Origin: Auanema rhodensis
Taxonomy: Eukaryota > Animalia > Nematoda
DNA length: 64,000 nucleotides
Direction of reading: 5' to 3'
Assembly: GCA_964057225.1 (NCBI GenBank)
Contig: OZ059895.1
Location: 22,010,001 to 22,074,000 of the forward strand
In this document: positions 29,001 to 44,600 of the stretch, one piece after another
Numbering within the stretch: the first letter of the stretch is position 1
Layout: each line of letters opens with the position of its first letter
Notes under the pieces: model-generated
What the model was told of the DNA's origin: nothing
Seen by the model: the letters and a program-made list of their open reading frames with translations, nothing else
Database searches by the model: none
Made by a program: the position numbers and the translations under genes

Positions 29001-32000
29001 GATGCGCTTTTCAAAATTAGATTTCGCATGTCCATATTAGTCTAAAAACAAATTTTTATTGATATTGGTGCATGGTAACCATGACTTTAAAATTTACGTG
29101 AACTTTAATTTATGCTAATTAAGTGTACACATGATGTGCACTTGGTATGTAACTCGCTTCACGTCAAAGATAAAGAGATGCGGTTTTCAAAATTAGATTC
29201 CCCATGTCCATATTAGTCTAAAAACAAATTTTTATTAATATTGGTGCATGGTAACCATGACTTTGAAATTTACGTGAACTTTAATTTATGCTAATTAAGT
29301 TTACACATGATGTGCACTTGGTATGTAACTCGCTTCACGTCAAAGATAAAAAGATGAGGTTTTCAAAATTAGATTCCCCATGTCCATATTAGTCTAAAAA
29401 CAAATTTTTATTAATATTGGTACATGGAAACCATGACTTTGAAATTTACGTGAACTTTAATTTATGCTAATTAAGTGTACACATGATGTGCGCTTGGTAT
29501 GTAACTCGCTTCACGTGAAAGATAAAGAGATGCGGTTTTCAAAATTAGATTCCCCATTTCCATATTAGTCAAAAAACAAATTTTTATTGATATTGGTGCA
29601 TGGCAACCATGACTTTAAAATTTACGTGAACTTTAATTTATGCTAATTAAGTGTACACATGATGTGCACTTGGTATGTAACTCGCTTCACGTCAAAGATA
29701 AAGAGATGCGGTTTTCAAAATTAGATTCCCCATGTCCATATTAGTCTAAAAACAAATTTTTATTAATATTGGTGCATGGTAACCATGACTTTGAAATTTA
29801 CGTGAACTTTAATTTATGCTGATTAAGTGTACACATGATGTGCGCTTGGTATGTAACTCGCTTCACGTGAAAGATAAAGAGATGCGGTTTTCAAAATTAG
29901 ATTCCCCATTTCCATATTAGTCTAAAAACAAATTTTTATTGATATTGGTGCATGGCAACCATGACTTTAAAATTTACGTGAACTTTAATTTATGCTAATT
30001 AAGTGTACACATGATGTGCACTTGGTATGTAACTCGTTTCACGTCAAAGATAAAGAGATGCGGTTTTCAAAATTGGATTCCCCATGTCCATATTAGTCTA
30101 AAAACAAATTTTTATTAATATTGATGCATGGTAACCATGACTTTGAAATTTACGTGAACTTTAATTTATGCTAATTAAGTGTACACATGATGTGCACTTG
30201 GTATGTAACTCGCTTCACGTCAAAGATAAAGAGATGCGGTTTTCAAAATTAGATTCCCCATGTCCATATTAGTCTAAAAACAAATTTTTATTGATATTGG
30301 TGCATGGTAACCATGACTTTAAAATTTACGTGAACTTTAATTTATGCTAATTAAGTGTACACATGATGTGCGCTTGGTATGTAACTCGCTTCACGTCAAA
30401 GATAAAGAGATGCGGTTTTCAAAATTAGATTCCCCATGTCCATATTAGTCTAAAAACAAATTTTTATTGATATTGGTGCATGGTAACCATGACTTTGAAA
30501 TTTACGTGAACTTTAATTTATGCTAATTAAGTGTACACATGATGTGCACTTGGTATGTAACTCGCTTCAAGTGAAAGATAAAGAGATGCGCTTTTCAAAA
30601 TTAGATTTCGCATGTCCATATTAGTCTAAAAACAAATTTTTATTGATATTGGTGCATGGTAACCATGACTTTAAAATTTACGTGAACTTTAATTTATGCT
30701 AATTAAGTGTACACATGATGTGCACTTGGTATGTAACTCGCTTCACGTCAAAGATAAAGAGATGCGGTTTTCAAAATTAGATTCCCCATGTCCATATTAG
30801 TCTAAAAACAAATTTTTATGAATATTGGTGCATGGTAACCATGACTTTGAAATTTACGTGAACTTTAATTTATGCTAATTAAGTGTACACATGATGTGCA
30901 CTTGGTATGTAACTCGCTTCACGTCAAAGATAAAGAGATGCGGTTTTCAAAATTAGATTCCCCATGTCCATATTAGTCTAAAAACAAATTTTTATTAATA
31001 TTGGTGCATGGTAACCATGACTTTGAAATTTACGTGAACTTTAATTTATGCTAATTAAGTGTACACATGATGTGCACTTGGTATGTAACTCGCTTCACGT
31101 CAAAGATAAAGAGATGCGGTTTTCAAAATTAGATTTCGCATGTCCATATTAGTCTAAAAACAAATTTTTATTGATATTGGTGCATGGTAACCATGACTTT
31201 AAAATTTACGTGAACTTTAATTTATGCTAATTAAGTGTACACATGATGTGCACTTGGTATGTAACTCGCTTCACGTCAAAGATAAAGAGATGCGGTTTTC
31301 AAAATTAGATTCCCCATGTCCATATTAGTCTAAAAACAATTTTTTATCAATATTGGTGCATGGTAACCATGACTTTGAAATTTACGTGAACTTTAATTTA
31401 TGCTAATTAAGTGTACAAATGATGTGCGCTTGGTATGTAACTCTCTTCACGTGAAAGATAAAGAGATGCGGTTTCCAAAATTAGATTCCTCATGTCCATA
31501 TTAGTCTAAAAACGAATTTTTATTGATATTGGTGCATGGTAACCATGACTTTAAAATTTAGGTGAACTTTAATTTATGCTAATTAAGTGTACACATGATG
31601 TGCACTTGGTATGTAACTTGCTTCACGTCAAAGATAAAGAGATGCGGTTTTCAAAATTAGATTCCCCATGTCCATTTTAGTCTAAAAACGAATTTTTATT
31701 GATATTGGTGGATGGTAACCATGACTTTAAAACTTACGTGAACTTCAATTTATGCTAATTAAGTGTACACGTGATGTGCACTTGGTATGTAACTCGCTTC
31801 ACGTGAAAGATAAAGAGATGCGGTTTTCAAAATTAGATTCCTCATGTCCATATTAGTCTAAAAACGAATTTTTATTGATATTGGTGCATGGTAACCATGA
31901 CTTTAAAATTTACGTGAACTTTAATTTATGCTAATTAAGTGTACACATGATGTGCACTTGGTATGTAACTCGCTTCACGTCAAAGATAAAGAGATGCGGT

Positions 32001-33777
32001 TTTCAAAATTAGATTCCCCATGTCCATGTTAGTCTAAAAACAAATTTCTATTAATATTGGTGCATGGTAACTATGACTTTGAAATTTACGTGAACTTTAA
32101 TTTATGCTAATTAAGTGTACACATGATGTGCACTTGGTATGTAACTCGCTTCAAGTGAAAGATAAAGAGATGCGCTTTTCAAAATTAGATTTCGCATGTC
32201 CATATTAGTCTAAAAACAAATTTTTATTGATATTGGTGCATGGTAACCATGACTTTAAAATTTACGTGAACTTTAATTTATGCTAATTAAGTGTACACAT
32301 GATGTGCACTTGGTATGTAACTCGCTTCACGTCAAAGATAAAGAGATGCGGTTTTCAAAATTAGATTCCCCATGTCCATATTAGTCTAAAAACAAATTTT
32401 CATGAATATTGGTGCATGGTAACCATGACTTTGAAATTTACGTGAACTTTAATTTATGCTAATTAAGTGTACACATGATGTGCACTTGGTATGTAACTCG
32501 CTTCACGTCAAAGATAAAGAGATGCGGTTTTGAAAATTAGATTCCCCATGTCCATATTAGTCTAAAAACAAATTTTTATTAATATTGGTGCATGGTAACC
32601 ATGACTTTGAAATTTACGTGAACTTTAATTTATGCTAATTAAGTGTACACATGATGTGCACTTGGTAAGTAACTCGCTTCACGTCAAAGATAAAGAGATG
32701 CGGTTTTCAAAATTAGATTCCCCATGTCCATATTAGTCTAAAAACAATTTTTTATCAATATTGGTGCATGGTAACCATGACTTTGAAATTTACGTGAACT
32801 TTAATTTTTGCTAATTAAGTGTACACATGCTGTGCGCTTGGTATGTAACTCTCTTCACGTGAAAGATAAAGAGATGCGGTTTCCAAAATTAGATTCCCCA
32901 TGTCCATATTAGTCTAAAAACAAATTTTTATTGATATTGGTGCATGGTAACCATGACTTTAAAATTTACGTGAACTTTAATTTATGCTAATTAAGTGTAC
33001 ACATGATGTGCACTTGGTATGTAACTCGCTTCACGTCAAAGATAAAGAAATGCGGTTTTCAAAATTAGATTCCCCATGTCCATGTTAGTCTAAAAACAAA
33101 TTTCTATTAATATTGGTGCATGGTAACTATGACTTTGAAATTTACGTGAACTTTAATTTATGCTAATTAAGTGTACACATGATGTGCACTTGGTATGTAA
33201 CTCGCTTCAAGTGAAAGATAAAGAGATGCGCTTTTAAAAATTAGATTTCGCATGTCCATATTAGTCTAAAAACAAATTTTTATTGATATTGGTGCATGGT
33301 AACCATGACTTTAAAATTTACGTGAACTTTAATTTATGCTAATTAAGTGTACACATGATGTGCACTTGGTATGTAACTCGCTTCACGTCAAAGATAAAGA
33401 GATGCGGTTTTCAAAATTAGATTCCCCATGTCCATATTAGTCTAAAAACAAATTTTTATTAATATTGGTGCATGGTAACCATGACTTTGAAATTTACGTG
33501 AACTTTAATTTATGCTAATTAAGTTTACACATGATGTGCACTTGGTATGTAACTCGCTTCACGTCAAAGATAAAAAGATGAGGTTTTCAAAATTAGATTC
33601 CCCATGTCCATATTAGTCTAAAAACAAATTTTTATTAATATTGGTACATGGAAACCATGACTTTGAAATTTACGTGAACTTTAATTTATGCTAATTAAGT
33701 GTACACATGATGTGCGCTTGGTATGTAACTCGCTTCACGTGAAAGATAAAGAGATGCGGTTTTCAAAATTAGATTCC
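25270..33777. repeat. Tandem 24-monomer (4224 bp) higher-order duplication
   Basis: CATTTCC at 25331/29555, GCTGATT at 25594/29818, ACAAATG at 27191/31415 and TACATGGAAACC at 29421/33645 are all offset by 4224. Confidence 0.92.
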
Positions 33778-35699
33778 TCATGTCCATATTAGTCTAAAAA
33801 CGAATTTTTATTGATATTGGTGCATGGCAACCATGACTTTAAAATTTACGTGAACTTTAATTTATGCTAATTAAGTGTACACATGATGTGCACTTGGTAT
33901 GTAACTCGCTTCACTCAAAGATAAAGAGATGCGGTTTTCAAAATTAGATTCCCCATGTCCATATTAGTCTAAAAACAAATTTTTATCAATATTGGTGCAT
34001 GGTAACTATGACTTTGAAATTTACGTGAACTTTAATTTATGCTAATTAAGTGTACACATGATGTGCACTTGGTATGTAACTCGCTTCAAGTGAAAGATAA
34101 AGAGATGCGCTTTTCAAAATTAGATTTCGCATGTCCATATTAGTCTAAAAACAAATTTTTATTGATATTGGTGCATGGTAACCATGACTTTGAAATTTAC
34201 GTGAACTTTAATTTATGCTTATTAAGTGTACACGTGATGTGCACTTGGTATGTAACTCGCTTCACGTCAAAGATAAAGAGATGCGGTTTTGAAAATTAGA
34301 TTCCCCATGTCCATATTAGTCTAAAAACAAATTTTTATTAATATTGGTGCATGGTAACCATGACTTTGAAATTTACGTGAACTTTAATTTATGCTAATTA
34401 AGTGTACACATGATGTGCACTTGGTATGTAACTCGCTTCACGTCAAAGATAAAGAGATGCGGTTTTCAAAATTAGATTCCCCATGTCCATATTAGTCTAA
34501 AAACAATTTTTTATCAATATTGGTGCATGGTAACCATGACTTTGAAATTTACGTGAACTTTAATTTTTGCTAATTAAGTGTACACATGATGTGCACTTGG
34601 TATGTAACTCGCTTCACGTCAAAGATAAAGAGATGCGGTTTTCAAAATTAGATTCCCCATGTCCATTTTAGTCTAAAAACGAATTTTTATTGATATTGGT
34701 GGATGGTAACCATGACTTTAAAACTTACGTGAACTTCAATTTATGCTAATTAAGTGTACACATGATGTGCACTTGGTAAGTAACTCGCTTCACGTCAAAG
34801 ATAAAGAGATGCGGTTTTCAAAATTAGATTCCCCATGTCCATATTAGTCTAAAAACAATTTTTTATCAATATTGGTGCATGGTAACCATGACTTTGAAAT
34901 TTACGTGAACTTTAATTTTTGCTAATTAAGTGTACACATGCTGTGCGCTTGGTATGTAACTCTCTTCACGTGAAAGATAAAGAGATGCGGTTTCCAAAAT
35001 TAGATTCCCCATGTCCATATTAGTCTAAAAACAAATTTTTATTGATATTGGTGCATGGTAACCATGACTTTAAAATTTACGTGAACTTTAATTTATGCTA
35101 ATTAAGTGTACACATGATGTGCACTTGGTATGTAACTCGCTTCACGTCAAAGATAAAGAAATGCGGTTTTCAAAATTAGATTCCCCATGTCCATGTTAAT
35201 CTAAAAACAAATTTCTATTAATATTGGTGCATGGTAACTATGACTTTGAAATTTACGTGAACTTTAATTTATGCTAATTAAGTGTACACATGATGTGCAC
35301 TTGGTATGTAACTCGCTTCACTCAAAGATAAAGAGATGCGGTTTTCAAAATTAGATTCCCCATGTCCATATTAGTCTAAAAACAAATTTTTATTAATATT
35401 GGTGCATGGTAACCATGACTTTGAAATTTACGTGAACTTTAATTTATGCTAATTAAGTGTACACATGATGTGCACTTGGTATGTAACTCGCTTCAAGTGA
35501 AAGATAAAGAGATGCGCTTTTCAAAATTAGATTTCGCATGTCCATATTAGTCTAAAAACAAATTTTTATTGATATTGGTGCATGGTAACCATGACTTTAA
35601 AATTTACGTGAACTTTAATTTATGCTAATTAAGTGTACACATGATGTGCACTTGGTATGTAACTCGCTTCACGTCAAAGATAAAGAGATGCGGTTTTCA

Positions 35700-38600
35700 A
35701 AATTAGATTCCTCATGTCCATATTAGTCTAAAAACGAATTTTTATTGATATTGGTGCATGGCAACCATGACTTTAAAATTTACGTGAACTTTAATTTATG
35801 CTAATTAAGTGTACACATGATGTGCACTTGGTATGTAACTCGCTTCACTCAAAGATAAAGAGATGCGGTTACCAAAATTAGATTCCCCATGTCCATATTA
35901 GTCTAAAAACAAATTTTTATTAATATTGGTGCATGGTAACTATGACTTTGAAATTTACGTGAACTTTAATTTATGCTAATTAAGTGTACACATGATGTGC
36001 ACTTGGTATGTAACTCGCTTCAAGTGAAAGATAAAGAGATGCGCTTTTCAAAATTAGATTTCGCATGTCCATATTAGTCTAAAAACAAATTTTTATTGAT
36101 ATTGGTGCATGGTAACCATGACTTTAAAATTTACGTGAACTTTAATTTATGCTAATTAAGTGTACACATGATGTGCACTTGGTATGTAACTCGCTTCACG
36201 TCAAAGATAAAGAGATGCGGTTTTGAAAATTAGATTCCCCATGTCCATATTAGTCTAAAAACAAATTTTTATTAATATTGGTGCATGGTAACCATGACTT
36301 TGAAATTTACGTGAACTTTAATTTATGCTAATTAAGTGTACACATGATGTGCACTTGGTAAGTAACTCGCTTCACGTCAAAGATAAAGAGATGCGGTTTT
36401 GAAAATTAGATTCCCCATGTCCATATTAGTCTAAAAACAAATTTTTATTAATATTGGTGCATGGTAACCATGACTTTGAAATTTACGTGAACGTTAATTT
36501 ATGCTAATTAAGTGTACACATGATGTGCACTTGGTAAGTAACTCGCTTCACGTCAAAGATAAAGAGATGCGGTTTTCAAAATTAGATTCCCCATGTCCAT
36601 GTTAGTCTAAAAACAATTTTTTATCAATATTGGTGCATGGTAACTATGACTTTGAAATTTACGTGAACTTTAATTTATGCTAATTAAGTGTACACATGAT
36701 GTGCACTTGGTATGTAACTCGCTTCAAGTGAAAGATAAAGAGATGCGCTTTTCAAAATTAGATTTCGCATGTCCATATTAGTCTAAAAACAAATTTTTAT
36801 TGATATTGGTGCATGGTAACCATGACTTTAAAATTTACGTGAACTTTAATTTATGCTAATTAAGTGTACACATGATGTGCACTTGGTATGTAACTCGCTT
36901 CACGTCAAAGATAAAGAGATGCGGTTTTCAAAATTAGATTCCCCATGTCCATATTAGTCTAAAAACAAATTTTTATTAATATTGGTGCATGGTAACCATG
37001 ACTTTGAAATTTACGTGAACTTTAATTTATGCTAATTAAGTGTACACATGATGTGCACTTGGTATGTAACTCGCTTCACGTCAGAGATAAAAAGATGAGG
37101 TTTTCAAAATTAGATTCCCCATGTCCATATTAGTCTAAAAACAAATTTTTATTAATATTGGTGCATGGTAACCATGACTTTGAAATTTACGTGAACTTTA
37201 ATTTATGCTAATTAAGTGTACACATGACGTGCGCTTGGTATGTAACTCGCTTCACGTGAAAGATAAAGAGATGCGGTTTCCAAAATTAGATTCCCCATGT
37301 CCATATTAGTCTAAAAACAAATTTTTATTGATATTGGTGCATGGCAACCATGACTTTAAAATTTACGTGAACTTTAATTTATGCTAATTAAGTGTACACA
37401 TGATGTGCACTTGGTATGTAACTCGCTTCACTCAAAGATAAAGAGATGCGGTTTTCAAAATTAGATTCCCCATGTCCATATTAGTCTAAAAACAAATTTT
37501 TATTGATATTGGTGCATGGTAACCATGACTTTAAAATTTACGTGAACTTTAATTTATGCTAATTAAGTGTACACATGATGTGCACTTGGTATGTAACTCG
37601 CTTCACGTCAAAGATAAAGAGATGCGGTTTTCAAAATTAGATTCCCCATGTCCATATTAGTCTAAAAACAAATTTTTATGAATATTGGTGCATGGTAACC
37701 ATGACTTTGAAATTTACGTGAACTTTAATTTATGCTAATTAAGTGTACACATGATGTGCACTTGGTATGTAACTCGCTTCACGTCAAAGATAAAGAGATG
37801 CGGTTTTGAAAATTAGATTCCCCATGTCCATATTAGTCTAAAAACAAATTTTTATTAATATTGGTGCATGGTAACCATGACTTTGAAATTTACGTGAACT
37901 TTAATTTATGCTAATTAAGTGTACACATGATGTGCACTTGGTAAGTAACTCGCTTCACGTCAAAGATAAAGAGATGCGGTTTTCAAAATTAGATTCCCCA
38001 TGTCCATATTAGTCTAAAAACAATTTTTTATCAATATTGGTGCATGGTAACCATGACTTTGAAATTTACGTGAACTTTAATTTTTGCTAATTAAGTGTAC
38101 ACATGCTGTGCGCTTGGTATGTAACTCTCTTCACGTGAAAGATAAAGAGATGCGGTTTTCAAAATTAGATTCCTCATGTCCATATTAGTCTAAAAACAAA
38201 TTTTTATTGATATTGGTGCATGGTAACCATGACTTTAAAATTTACGTGAACTTTAATTTATGCTAATTAAGTGTACACATGATGTGCACTTGGTATGTAA
38301 CTTGCTTCACGTCAAAGATAAAGAGATGCGGTTTTCAAAATTAGATTCCCCATGTCCATTTTAGTCTAAAAACGAATTTTTATTGATATTGGTGGATGGT
38401 AACCATGACTTTAAAACTTACGTGAACTTCAATTTATGCTAATTAAGTGTACACATGATGTGCACTTGGTAAGTAACTCGCTTCACGTCAAAGATAAAGA
38501 GATGCGGTTTTCAAAATTAGATTCCCCATGTCCATATTAGTCTAAAAACAATTTTTTATCAATATTGGTGCATGGTAACCATGACTTTGAAATTTACGTG

Positions 38601-41600
38601 AACTTTAATTTTTGCTAATTAAGTGTACACATGCTGTGCGCTTGGTATGTAACTCTCTTCACGTGAAAGATAAAGAGATGCGGTTTCCAAAATTAGATTC
38701 CCCATGTCCATATTAGTCTAAAAACAAATTTTTATTGATATTGGTGCATGGTAACCATGACTTTAAAATTTACGTGAACTTTAATTTATGCTAATTAAGT
38801 GTACACATGATGTGCACTTGGTATGTAACTCGCTTCACGTCAAAGATAAAGAAATGCGGTTTTCAAAATTAGATTCCCCATGTCCATGTTAGTCTAAAAA
38901 CAAATTTCTATTAATATTGGTGCATGGTAACTATGACTTTGAAATTTACGTGAACTTTAATTTATGCTAATTAAGTGTACACATGATGTGCACTTGGTAT
39001 GTAACTCGCTTCAAGTGAAAGATAAAGAGATGCGCTTTTCAAAATTAGATTTCGCATGTCCATATTAGTCTAAAAACAAATTTTTATTGATATTGGTGCA
39101 TGGTAACCATGACTTTGAAATTTACGTGAACTTTAATTTATGCTAATTAAGTGTACACATGATGTGCACTTGGTATGTAACTCGCTTCACGTCAAAGATA
39201 AAAAGATGAGGTTTTCAAAATTAGATTCCCCATGTCCATATTAGTCTAAAAACAAATTTTTATTAATATTGGTGCATGGTAACCATGACTTTGAAATTTA
39301 CGTGAACTTTAATTTATGCTAATTAAGTGTACACATGATGTGCACTTGGTAAGTAACTCGCTTCACGTCAAAGATAAAAAGATGAGGTTTTCAAAATTAG
39401 ATTCCCCATGTCCATATTAGTCTAAAAACAAATTTTTATTAATATTGGTGCATGGTAACCATGACTTTAAAACTTACGTGAACTTCAATTTATGCTAATT
39501 AAGTGTACACATGATGTGCACTTGGTAAGTAACTCGCTTCACGTCAAAGATAAAGAGATGCGGTTTTCAAAATTAGATTCCCCATGTCCATATTAGTCTA
39601 AAAACAATTTTTTATCAATATTGGTGCATGGTAACCATGACTTTGAAATTTACGTGAACTTTAATTTTTGCTAATTAAGTGTACACATGCTGTGCGCTTG
39701 GTATGTAACTCTCTTCACGTGAAAGATAAAGAGATGCGGTTTCCAAAATTAGATTCCCCATGTCCATATTAGTCTAAAAACAAATTTTTATTGATATTGG
39801 TGCATGGTAACCATGACTTTAAAATTTACGTGAACTTTAATTTATGCTAATTAAGTGTACACATGATGTGCACTTGGTATGTAACTCGCTTCACGTCAAA
39901 GATAAAGAAATGCGGTTTTCAAAATTAGATTCCCCATGTCCATGTTAGTCTAAAAACAAATTTCTATTAATATTGGTGCATGGTAACTATGACTTTGAAA
40001 TTTACGTGAACTTTAATTTATGCTAATTAAGTGTACACATGATGTGCACTTGGTATGTAACTCGCTTCAAGTGAAAGATAAAGAGATGCGCTTTTCAAAA
40101 TTAGATTTCGCATGTCCATATTAGTCTAAAAACAAATTTTTATTGATATTGGTGCATGGTAACCATGACTTTAAAATTTACGTGAACTTTAATTTATGCT
40201 AATTAAGTGTACACATGATGTGCACTTGGTATGTAACTCGCTTCACGTCAAAGATAAAGAGATGCGGTTTTCAAAATTAGATTCCCCATGTCCATATTAG
40301 TCTAAAAACAAATTTTTATTAATATTGGTGCATGGTAACCATGACTTTGAAATTAACGTGAACTTTAATTTATGCTAATTAAGTGTACACATGATGTGCA
40401 CTTGGTATGTAACTCGCTTCACGTCAAAGATAAAAAGATGAGGTTTTCAAAATTAGATTCCCCATGTCCATATTAGTCTAAAAACAAATTTTTATTAATA
40501 TTGGTGCATGGTAACCATGACTTTGAAATTTACGTGAACTTTAATTTATGCTAATTAAGTGTACACATGATGTGCGCTTGGTATGTAACTCGCTTCACGT
40601 GAAAGATAAAGAGATGCGGTTTTCAAAATTAGATTCCTCATGTCCATATTAGTCTAAAAACGAATTTTTATTGATATTGGTGCATGGCAACCATGACTTT
40701 AAAATTTACGTGAACTTTAATTTATGCTAATTAAGTGTACACATGATGTGCACTTGGTATGTAACTCGCTTCACTCAAAGATAAAGAGATGCGGTTTTCA
40801 AAATTAGATTCCCCATGTCCATATTAGTCTAAAAACAAATTTTTATTAATATTGGTGCATGGTAACTATGACTTTGAAATTTACGTGAACTTTAATTTAT
40901 GCTAATTAAGTGTACACATGATGTGCACTTGGTATGTAACTCGCTTCAAGTGAAAGATAAAGAGATGCGCTTTTCAAAATTAGATTTCGCATGTCCATAT
41001 TAGTCTAAAAACAAATTTTTATTGATATTGGTGCATGGTAACCATGACTTTAAAATTTACGTGAACTTTAATTTATGCTAATTAAGTGTACACATGATGT
41101 GCACTTGGTATGTAACTCGCTTCACGTCAAAGATAAAGAGATGCGGTTTTGAAAATTAGATTCCCCATGTCCATATTAGTCTAAAAACAAATTTTTATTA
41201 ATATTGGTGCATGGTAACCATGACTTTGAAATTTACGTGAACTTTAATTTATGCTAATTAAGTGTACACATGATGTGCACTTGGTAAGTAACTCGCTTCA
41301 CGTCAAAGATAAAGAGATGCGGTTTTGAAAATTAGATTCCCCATGTCCATATTAGTCTAAAAACAAATTTTTATTAATATTGGTGCATGGTAACCATGAC
41401 TTTGAAATTTACGTGAACTTTAATTTATGCTAATTAAGTGTACACATGATGTGCACTTGGTAAGTAACTCGCTTCACGTCAAAGATAAAGAGATGCGGTT
41501 TTCAAAATTAGATTCCCCATGTCCATGTTAGTCTAAAAACAATTTTTTATCAATATTGGTGCATGGTAACTATGACTTTGAAATTTACGTGAACTTTAAT

Positions 41601-44600
41601 TTATGCTAATTAAGTGTACACATGATGTGCACTTGGTATGTAACTCGCTTCAAGTGAAAGATAAAGAGATGCGCTTTTCAAAATTAGATTTCGCATGTCC
41701 ATATTAGTCTAAAAACAAATTTTTATTGATATTGGTGCATGGTAACCATGACTTTAAAATTTACGTGAACTTTAATTTATGCTAATTAAGTGTACACATG
41801 ATGTGCACTTGGTAAGTAACTCGCTTCACGTCAAAGATAAAGAGATGCGGTTTTCAAAATTAGATTCCCCATGTCCATGTTAGTCTAAAAACAATTTTTT
41901 ATCAATATTGGTGCATGGTAACTATGACTTTGAAATTTACGTGAACTTTAATTTATGCTAATTAAGTGTACACATGATGTGCACTTGGTAAGTAACTCGC
42001 TTCACGTCAAAGATAAAGAGATGCGGTTTTCAAAATTAGATTTTCCATGTCCATGTTAGTCTAAAAACAAATTTTTATCAATATTGGTGCATGGTAACCA
42101 TGACTTTGAAATTTACGTGAACTTTAATTTATGCTAATTAAGTGTACACATGATGTGCACTTGGTAAGTAACTCGCTTCACGTCAAAGATAAAGAGATGC
42201 GGTTTTCAAAATTAGATTCCCCATGTCCATGTTAGTCTAAAAACAATTTTTTATCAATATTGGTGCATGGTAACTATGACTTTGAAATTTACGTGAACTT
42301 TAATTTATGCTAATTAAGTGTACACATGATGTGCACTTGGTAAGTAACTCGCTTCACGTCAAAGATAAAGAGATGCGGTTTTCAAAATTAGATTCCCCAT
42401 GTCCATGTTAGTCTAAAAACAATTTTTTATCAATATTGGTGCATGGTAACTATGACTTTGAAATTTACGTGAACTTTAATTTATGCTAATTAAGTGTACA
42501 AATGACGTGCGCTTGGTATGTAACTCGCTTCACGTGAAAGATAAAGAGATGCGGTTTCCAAAATTAGATTCCCCATGTCCATATTAGTCTAAAAACAAAT
42601 TTTTATTGATATTGGTGCATGGCAACCATGACTTTAAAATTTACGTGAACTTTAATTTATGCTAATTAAGTGTACACATGATGTGCACTTGGTATGTAAC
42701 TCGCTTCACTCAAAGATAAAGAGATGCGGTTTTCAAAATTAGATTCCCCATGTCCATATTAGTCTAAAAACAAATTTTTATTGATATTGGTGCATGGTAA
42801 CCATGACTTTAAAATTTACGTGAACTTTAATTTATGCTAATTAAGTGTACACATGATGTGCACTTGGTATGTAACTCGCTTCACGTCAAAGATAAAGAGA
42901 TGCGGTTTTCAAAATTAGATTCCCCATGTCCATATTAGTCTAAAAACAAATTTTTATGAATATTGGTGCATGGTAACCATGACTTTGAAATTTACGTGAA
43001 CTTTAATATATGCTAATTAAGTGTACACATGATGTGCACTTGGTATGTAACTCGCTTCACGTCAAAGATAAAGAGATGCGGTTTTGAAAATTAGATTCCC
43101 CATGTCCATATTAGTCTAAAAACAAATTTTTATTAATATTGGTGCATGGTAACCATGACTTTGAAATTTACGTGAACTTTAATTTATGCTAATTAAGTGT
43201 ACACATGATGTGCACTTGGTAAGTAACTCGCTTCACGTCAAAGATAAAGAGATGCGGTTTTCAAACTTAGATTCCCCATGTCCATATTAGTCTAAAAACA
43301 ATTTTTTATCAATATTGGTGCATGGTAACCATGACTTTGAAATTTACGTGAACTTTAATTTTTGCTAATTAAGTGTACACATGCTGTGCGCTTGGTATGT
43401 AACTCTCTTCACGTGAAAGATAAAGAGATGCGGTTTTCAAAATTAGATTCCTCATGTCCATATTAGTCTAAAAACGAATTTTTATTGATATTGGTGCATG
43501 GTAACCATGACTTTAAAATTTACGTGAACTTTAATTTATGCTAATTAAGTGTACACATGATGTGCACTTGGTATGTAACTTGCTTCACGTCAAAGATAAA
43601 GAGATGCGGTTTTCAAAATTAGATTCCCCATGTCCATTTTAGTCTAAAAACGAATTTTTATTGATATTGGTGGATGGTAACCATGACTTTAAAACTTACG
43701 TGAACTTCAATTTATGCTAATTAAGTGTACACATGATGTGCACTTGGTAAGTAACTCGCTTCACGTCAAAGATAAAGAGATGCGGTTTTCAAAATTAGAT
43801 TCCCCATGTCCATATTAGTCTAAAAACAATTTTTTATCAATATTGGTGCATGGTAACCATGACTTTGAAATTTACGTGAACTTTAATTTTTGCTAATTAA
43901 GTGTACACATGCTGTGCGCTTGGTATGTAACTCTCTTCACGTGAAAGATAAAGAGATGCGGTTTCCAAAATTAGATTCCCCATGTCCATATTAGTCTAAA
44001 AACAAATTTTTATTGATATTGGTGCATGGTAACCATGACTTTAAAATTTACGTGAACTTTAATTTATGCTAATTAAGTGTACACATGATGTGCACTTGGT
44101 ATGTAACTCGCTTCACGTCAAAGATAAAGAAATGCGGTTTTCAAAATTAGATTCCCCATGTCCATGTTAGTCTAAAAACAAATTTCTATTAATATTGGTG
44201 CATGGTAACTATGACTTTGAAATTTACGTGAACTTTAATTTATGCTAATTAAGTGTACACATGATGTGCACTTGGTATGTAACTCGCTTCAAGTGAAAGA
44301 TAAAGAGATGCGCTTTTCAAAATTAGATTTCGCATGTCCATATTAGTCTAAAAACAAATTTTTATTGATATTGGTGCATGGTAACCATGACTTTAAAATT
44401 TACGTGAACTTTAATTTATGCTAATTAAGTGTACACATGATGTGCACTTGGTATGTAACTCGCTTCACGTCAAAGATAAAGAGATGCGGTTTTCAAAATT
44501 AGATTCCCCATGTCCATTTTAGTCTAAAAACGAATTTTTATTGATATTGGTGGATGGTAACCATGACTTTAAAACTTACGTGAACTTCAATTTATGCTAA

